Source: the human T2T-CHM13v2.0 reference genome, Homo sapiens. Taken from it: 64,000 nucleotides of DNA. The position numbers were made by a program, and so were the translations under genes. Location of the stretch: the NCBI RefSeq assembly GCF_009914755.1, contig NC_060937.1; one strand, given 5' to 3'. Below are positions 56,880 to 64,000 of this stretch, one piece after another (the first letter of the stretch is position 1; every line of letters begins with the position of its first letter). Under the pieces are notes generated by a model. The model saw nothing but the letters and a program-made list of their open reading frames with translations, was not told the DNA's origin and did no database searches.

Positions 56880-57070
56880 ACTACTGTCTACTGAGAGCTT
56901 TCCATACATTATATGCTATTAATTCTCACAAAGTGTATTATTATCCTGTTTGATGGATGGGTAAACTGAGACTCAGCCAAATTCAGCAAGTTGGCCAAAT
57001 ACACTAAACTCAAGTGAGGAGCTGGGCCCAGGATTCTCAGACTCCAAAGCTCTTTTTCACTGCACTGCTT
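56880..57070 (-). mobile_element. MIR fragment
   Basis: attattatcctgtttgatggatgggtaaactgagactcag...cccaggattctcagactccaaagc. Confidence 0.65.
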
Positions 57071-58084
57071 CCCAACAAGATTTTTGTTCACATAGCTTTC
57101 TGTGTTTATTTATTCTGGGGGAGAAGGGACAGAAGAAAGTCCCAGGAGGGTATTTCTAAATAGGCTAAGGAATCTGTCTTCAGCTCAGCAGAATAACAGG
57201 TGGAAAAGTATACGGAAAAATATTTTTGAAAGTATTAACCGCGGGAGAAAAATATCAAAAATATCCTAAGATGACTCTTTTATTTTGGCAGCTTATTTTA
57301 AATGACAAAGACATTTCCAACCTTGAGAGAAGATTGGGTTAAAAAAATACCAGTATACACACAGTAAACAGACTACAGAGGTCTAGAAAAATAAATAAAT
57401 ACGAGCAATCTCTGTCCAACCTCACCCTGCTTCTTAAAATAGTAACTCCATCAGCTTGCCTGCAAGATAGAAGAAACTTCCTCAAAGACAAGTCATTGGT
57501 TTCTGAAAACCATGTGTTGAGCGGTCCCTTGTACCATGCGGAACAAGCCCAGACACAGCATTTCCTGTAGGTAAAACATATTAAGACTCGAGAGTCCCTC
57601 CAAGTACTGCATAAATATATATATATATGAAATATTATAAATCATCCTGGAGATAATTTTTTCCTTAACACTAAAATGCTAATCCTTGATGAGGCAGATC
57701 TTCAAAGGGCACAGCATCATAGCACTATGAGACCATTCTGGACCAAATACAAAGAAATTAGTGTGGAAGATAAGCAATTTTAAGGTCACAGTAAGGAAAC
57801 ATCTAAGAGTCCAGGGATCATAAATAGTACAGGGGTGGAAATGCAAAGTCATGAAAGATGAAAGGAAATAATAAAATGTTTGTGATTTCAGGAAATTTGG
57901 CTTTGAAGAAATGTGCCACACCCTAAGGAATTCACTAATACAAAATCCACTGCTGAAAAGCAGGCATTACTTGTTGGTACAACTGAAACCAAACAGCTTC
58001 TGACTTTGTGGGACACAATTTCAACAGTTTTCTGACATCTTCTCTTTAGAAATGACTAAAGATAGCTTTTAAAAGAACAAAAGT

Positions 58085-58280
58085 TTTATTTTTATTTTTG
58101 TTTTCTTTTTTTTTTTAGCAACAATCTTGCTCTGTCACCCAGGCTGGTGCGCAGTGGCATGATCACAGCTCACTGCAACCTCAGCCTCCTGGGCTCAAGT
58201 GATCCTCCGGTCTTAGCCTCCCAAGTAGCTAGGACTACTTGGCCTGGCTAATTTTTTATAGAGACACAGTCTTACTATAA
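58085..58280 (-). mobile_element. AluJ fragment
   Basis: tcttgctctgtcacccaggctgg...catgatcacagctcactgcaacctc...ctcctgggctcaagtgatcctcc. Confidence 0.85.
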
Positions 58281-59788
58281 CAACAAAATTTTAATGTTTC
58301 ACTCTTGAAGCCAGACAAGAAAATAAATAAGGGTGGGGATTTTTTTTAAAGAACATCATGAAAAGATGGGAACATTGAGAATGAAAAAGAAGACTTAGGT
58401 GCCAAACAAACTAGTTTAAATTTAAGAGAAAAATTAAAATGTAAAGACTTAGCTGTGTACATGAGTCTTCTCTGTTCCCACTCGTAGGAAAACTAGCAAT
58501 TCCTCATCTTTTAAGACCTTCCCCTAATTACAAATCTTATCTCAAAGCGTTTTTTCTCATTAGCCTACATTTTTCTTTCTAAATTTGACTGTATTTTCCT
58601 TTCTCTGGCTACATTTGGAATGCTACTATTTCAACTTTAAACAGTTTGTATGCAAGATGTTGTTTTATGTAAAGAAGGAAAAAGATTGACAAATCTAAAC
58701 CAAACAGGGAAGAATTATAAATATTTTGCTTCACTATTGCAGCTTTCTCCATATGCCTCAAATGAACATTTCTAATCAAGCTCCACTTCTGCAGAAAGCT
58801 TACCAACAAAATACATCTTTATTTGTATGTAACATGTATAAATGTAATTAGCTTTTTTAAAAGAAACAATTGAAATACGATGTTTATGGAAAGAAACTGA
58901 TGTGTTTTTTTTTCAAATGAAATCTGAAACTGCACAGGATATTGACAGACTGATGGCTGGGTCTGTTGCCAGAAGCTGGTTAGGAAGCTGGTATGAAGGT
59001 CACTAATTTCATTCTGTTTTATTTCAATGGGACCTTGAAACAAAGAACAGTTTTAAATAGACAGTGAGGAGGGATGGATTATTAAACTAGTGCTTTACCA
59101 TCAGTTTTGTGTGATTTTTAAAAATAGAAGACAGTATTTTACCAAAACATATGTTCTAAATTTTATCATAAAAGTAAAATGGCTGAGAACAAGATAAGGA
59201 AATAACATTTGTAGCAGTGACTGATTTTTATTTTTGCAATGTTTCTTGCATTTTCCTTTCTATTTCCCAAAACGATTATAATTTGTAGCAAATCAGCTAA
59301 TGTTTTTTGACCTGAATGTCTGGGTTGTGTAGAGGGTACTCTTTGGGAAACTTCTGTACTTTCTCCACTTACTTCAATAGCCTCTCTCAGACACTGTCTT
59401 TTGTTTTGTCAGCTTCATTTTTCTCATTAATTAACAATGGAATCACACTAAGGCAATCCATTTCTCCACAACGGTTACTGAGAAGTGATTTTTTAATAAG
59501 ATTAACTTGTTTAGAGAAGGGAAAGAGTATTATATGTGGTATAATATAACACAAAATATTTGTATTGTTTTTGTCTTTTATTAGAGTAAATAACTCTGAG
59601 TAAACTCATAAATGATCTGAGTTGTGTGATATGCATGAAATTACTACACACAGTAGAATTATAGTTTAAAGAGATGTCATTAAAATCTAAATACACAACC
59701 TTAGAACTTGTACTTAGTTTTTCTAAAAAAGTAAAATTGCTTTTTTCAAAATTAGAATTTATTTTAAAATATACATTATCCTGCTGAT

Positions 59789-59821
<33 letters not shown>

Positions 59822-59835
59822 CACGCACACACACA
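59789..59835. repeat. Interrupted (CA)n microsatellite
   Basis: Direct reading. Confidence 0.95.
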
Positions 59836-60269
59836 GGTGGACTGAGAGGATAAATCTAGTAAATAGCACAAAAGGAAATTAACTGAAAAATAAATTAGTC
59901 AAAAAAATCAAAAGAAGTCCTAAAGTGCTCTAGTGAATAAACACAAATCCAAATGATAAATCAAGAAAGAGGCATAAATATCAAATAGGACCTCCAAAGC
60001 CCCAATAGTCTCAAGTTGCCATAGGTTCTCTGTTACCTGAGTTACCACCAGGCCTGGGCAGTGTCAAGAACCCTCTTATAATACCAGGGCCAAACCCAAC
60101 CTTTCAGAAACAGTATGGCCAGCTCAGGCTCTAAAAATACAATCCACTGAGGGCCTGTCTTCCCCAGAAGAGAGAAGAGAGTGCCTATGTTCCCTCTTCG
60201 TCTACAAAACTCTTCTCCATTAAACAACTACTTTCAAAACCACCAGTTGGAGGACAGCATTACCTGGTC

Positions 60270-60967
<698 letters not shown>

Positions 60968-61576
60968 TTTGGTTTGACACACCAGTGATGGGTTAATTTT
61001 TCACTTACCTATAGTATCCCTCACTAACAGCACTTTTTCAAATATTAGCTAAAAACTCCCTCCTTGCAGCTGCCAGACCTATGGGACATCTGGTGTTCAT
61101 GGGACTGAAGGCTGAGAATCAGTTTCCCTTGTCCCTCACTAGGCTTAAGGCTGGGCTTGCTCCATGTTGTCCCAAGACTGCAACTGCAATTGCTGTACCT
61201 TGTAGCAATTCCTCTGACTTAACTCTGCCTTCCTGCTGTGTAGCTAGCAGAACTGAACAGTTCCTGGCACGACTCTTGCCACATAAGAGGGCTGGGTACA
61301 TCTCTGTAGTGTTTGCTTTTTATGCCGATCCCACTAAAATCTTACATTTTCACAGCTCTTTCTTTGTCCCCTCTTCTAGTGACTCACTTCACAATGCCAG
61401 GATTTTTACTAGCCCAGATGGGGCAGGGGCTTGCGGGGGGTGTTTCACTGCCTTGGAGGCAGCAGCAGAGAGAATAGCTCAGAAAGTCCTGCATGTGCAA
61501 GTTCTACCATCTTACTTCTTCTGGCTCTTAAACTTGTAAGGTACAATACTTACCAGCCTACTTTAAATAAGGACAA

Positions 61577-61872
61577 GCATCTATAATGCTAGCACTTTGG
61601 GAGGCCGAGGCAGGCAGATTGCTGCTTGAGCCCAGGAGTTTGAGACCAGCCTGGGCAACATAGCAAAACCCCATCTCTACCACAAAATACAAAAAAGTAC
61701 CCAGGTGTGGTGATGCACACCTGTAGTCCCAGCTACTAGGAAGGCTGAGGTAGGAGAATCACCTGAGTGTGAGAGGTCAAGGCTACAGTGAGCCATGATC
61801 GCACCACTGTGCTTCAGCCTGGGTGACAGAATGAGACCCTGTCTCAAAAAATAATAATAAATAAATAAATAA
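61577..61872 (+). mobile_element. AluJ, slightly 5'-truncated, with (TAAA)n tail
   Basis: gcttgagcccaggagtttgagaccagcctgggcaacatagc...gaggtcaaggctacagtgagccatgatc. Confidence 0.92.
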
Positions 61873-62269
61873 GGCTATCTTTCCCATGATATCTGTGGAG
61901 TACCAGGTCCACTAGGCTTTCTCCTGCAGGCCCCTAAGCTTTTCTTGCTCCTGAAATACATTTTTATGTGATCCCCAGAGCACCCCATCACCAACTTCCC
62001 TGCTTACCTAATCTAAGATAGCAGGCACATTTTGTAGGCCTCATAGCTCTGGGGTACCCAAAATAATTTATCTTCTCATCTTCTTCTGGTACCCACTTAG
62101 TTATCAGATTGCATGTTTTTACATAGGTATTTTAATCAATTAATTGTCCAAAATGTCCTTGCTGACAAAAAGAAAATGTCCCTACCATAGGGGAAAAATT
62201 CATTAAAAATTTTAAAGGACCGCAGTGCTTTTATAACACGGTTATATAACAGCTTATAAGCTCTTTGGA

Positions 62270-62274
<5 letters not shown>

Positions 62275-62325
<51 letters not shown>
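62275..62325. repeat. Compound (CA)n(GA)n microsatellite
   Basis: Direct reading. Confidence 0.96.
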
Positions 62326-62631
62326 ACCATAACAATGCCAGTGACTAGAATCTATAATCAGCATTGATAATCTCTTAAACTTTTTATTTGTTGTATATTA
62401 AATTCATGAAAGAATATTACAGTGGCACTGCATCTCATGATTTTAACATATGAGGCATTCGCTTACATATCTTGCTTTTCAGAATTTCTGATTAAATGTT
62501 TTAATTTAAATGGAACATAATATTTAATGTAATATCCAGCCGAAAGTGTCCCTGAAGCTTCAATTGCAAACAATCATAATAAAGAATGTTCTTGTTTAAT
62601 CTACAAAATAAGTACATTTGATTTTAATTAC

Positions 62632-63060
62632 TTGGATAATGACCAAGCAAGTACATCAGGCACATCCCTTCCAAGAGATAATGAAAGACACAGAGGAGCA
62701 AACAATATTCCTGCGAACAGACCATCACATTCTGACTCTGAGGATGACTCCACTAATGAAAATCTGTCTTTGCAAATGACTCATCTTCTGAAGACTGTTC
62801 TGAAGATGTTGGAAATCAGAATGATGCATGTGAAAATGAAATTAATCAATATGAAGATGGGGAACAGCAGTCTATCACAGAAGGGCTGTTTGATAATAAT
62901 GAAATTGAGGAAACAGTCAGTGGTAGAGAAACAAATGAAAGCACAGGAAATGTCAATGATAATAATGAATAAGTAACTATTTCTTGAAATTCAAGAGGAA
63001 GAGTTAACAAACAAAGACAAATCATCATACAGACAAATGACAAAGATGTGAAACTACATT
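62632..63060 (+). pseudogene. Decayed acidic coding-like segment (possible transposase N-terminus or pseudo-exon)
   Basis: One frameshift near 62762 joins DNDQASTSGT...SDSEDDSTNE to SVFANDSSSEDCSEDVGNQNDACENEINQYEDGEQQSITEGLFDNNEIEETVSGRETNESTGNVNDNNE*. No homolog recognised. Confidence 0.3.
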
Positions 63061-64000
63061 TGCTTTTAAGTTTATTCCAAGTTTCTAAGGATATTAAAAC
63101 ACTAATATGGTAGTAAATGTAATAGGAAGAGAGGTCTAAAATTTTCAGAACTTTGTATCAACTGGGAAGATACAAGAGTGTCCAGTTTGGCTGAAGCAAC
63201 AGAGTGTAAGAGGCAGCAGTGGGAGATAAGACTAGAAAGTTCTACTGGATTTCCAGGAGGCATTTGAAATGTCAGTATGAATCCTCTTCTTTAATTGCCC
63301 TTGCTTGTTTTTAGATTACATTTGTTCCAAACCCACAGTCCTACCCTAGTACACTTTAGCTTCTCACAACAGTATGAGAGTTCTCACTCTGTCTTCAGCT
63401 TCAGTTCTAAATGCAGTCTTTAAAATGTAGATTTTCAAAATCTCAATTGCATGGTGTTTATCAATTTCATTTCCCTCATAAGTTCTATTATTTGTAACAC
63501 CAATGGAAAATTCACACAACCATGTAATGGTACCTGGAGAAGTTATAGTTTCCCTGCACATCTGAAAGGCAGATGCCTTTGGACTGTTTTGAATGCTGTC
63601 TACAAGATTCTTACATAGTGTATAAATAATCTGTTTTCTATGCCATAAATTCCCTTTTCTCACTACAAAATTCTCCACTTCAAAAGAATCACTTGAAACC
63701 AAGGCTGTTTAGCCTAGTAAGCTATGATTTAACTCAGCCATGCCCTCTAAATCTTAGGTACACTGACCAACAGTTCCTATTTGCTCATACTATCACAATT
63801 GCATATAGCACAGACTTTAGTTTTTTGTTCATTTCTTGTGTTTTTGTTTTTGTTCTCCAAACCTAACACATTACATTTGGATGTCATTTCTTCTTGTCCT
63901 ATGACTTCTTTCCTCAGGCTAGACTTCACTCAACCTAAATCCCAGCATTTAACACGTAACAAGAGTAAAAAAGTGAAGGGAAATTACACTGGATCCCAAT

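Noticed and set aside
61081-61539. 152-aa ATG ORF, the longest in the window
   Set aside because: No recognisable homology. The GC-richer block may be a decayed repeat (the minus strand begins aagatggtagaa, like an old L1 5' UTR). Length is compatible with chance.

Overview
Primate (very likely human) AT-rich, CpG-depleted non-coding DNA, either a large intron or a gene desert. I cannot support any protein-coding gene here: the listed ORFs are repeat-derived or chance ORFs. The window is dominated by interspersed repeats (about 12 Alu copies or fragments, L1 3' ends, THE1/MLT1/ERV solo LTRs, MIR, L2, MER5, MER20, MADE1) and microsatellites, with several repeat-free blocks carrying developmental-enhancer-like motif clusters. 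Most notable: (1) a near full-length copy of the ancient LF-SINE at 54468-54881 (-), flanked by divergently oriented CTCF-like motifs and a MEIS-motif cluster; (2) two head-to-head Alus only 33 bp apart that share private mutations (about 94% identical by hand count), implying gene conversion or inverted duplication; (3) a perfect 16-bp-stem hairpin at 23985-24019; (4) a THE1 LTR nested in the terminal repeat of a MADE1; (5) a TGCATG/CATG-rich degenerate minisatellite; (6) a frameshifted acidic coding-like relic near 62.6-63.0 kb. Repeat family names come from recalled consensus sequences, not from a database search, and boundaries are approximate unless a target-site duplication (TSD) is given. 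I see no evidence for a novel multi-gene system.
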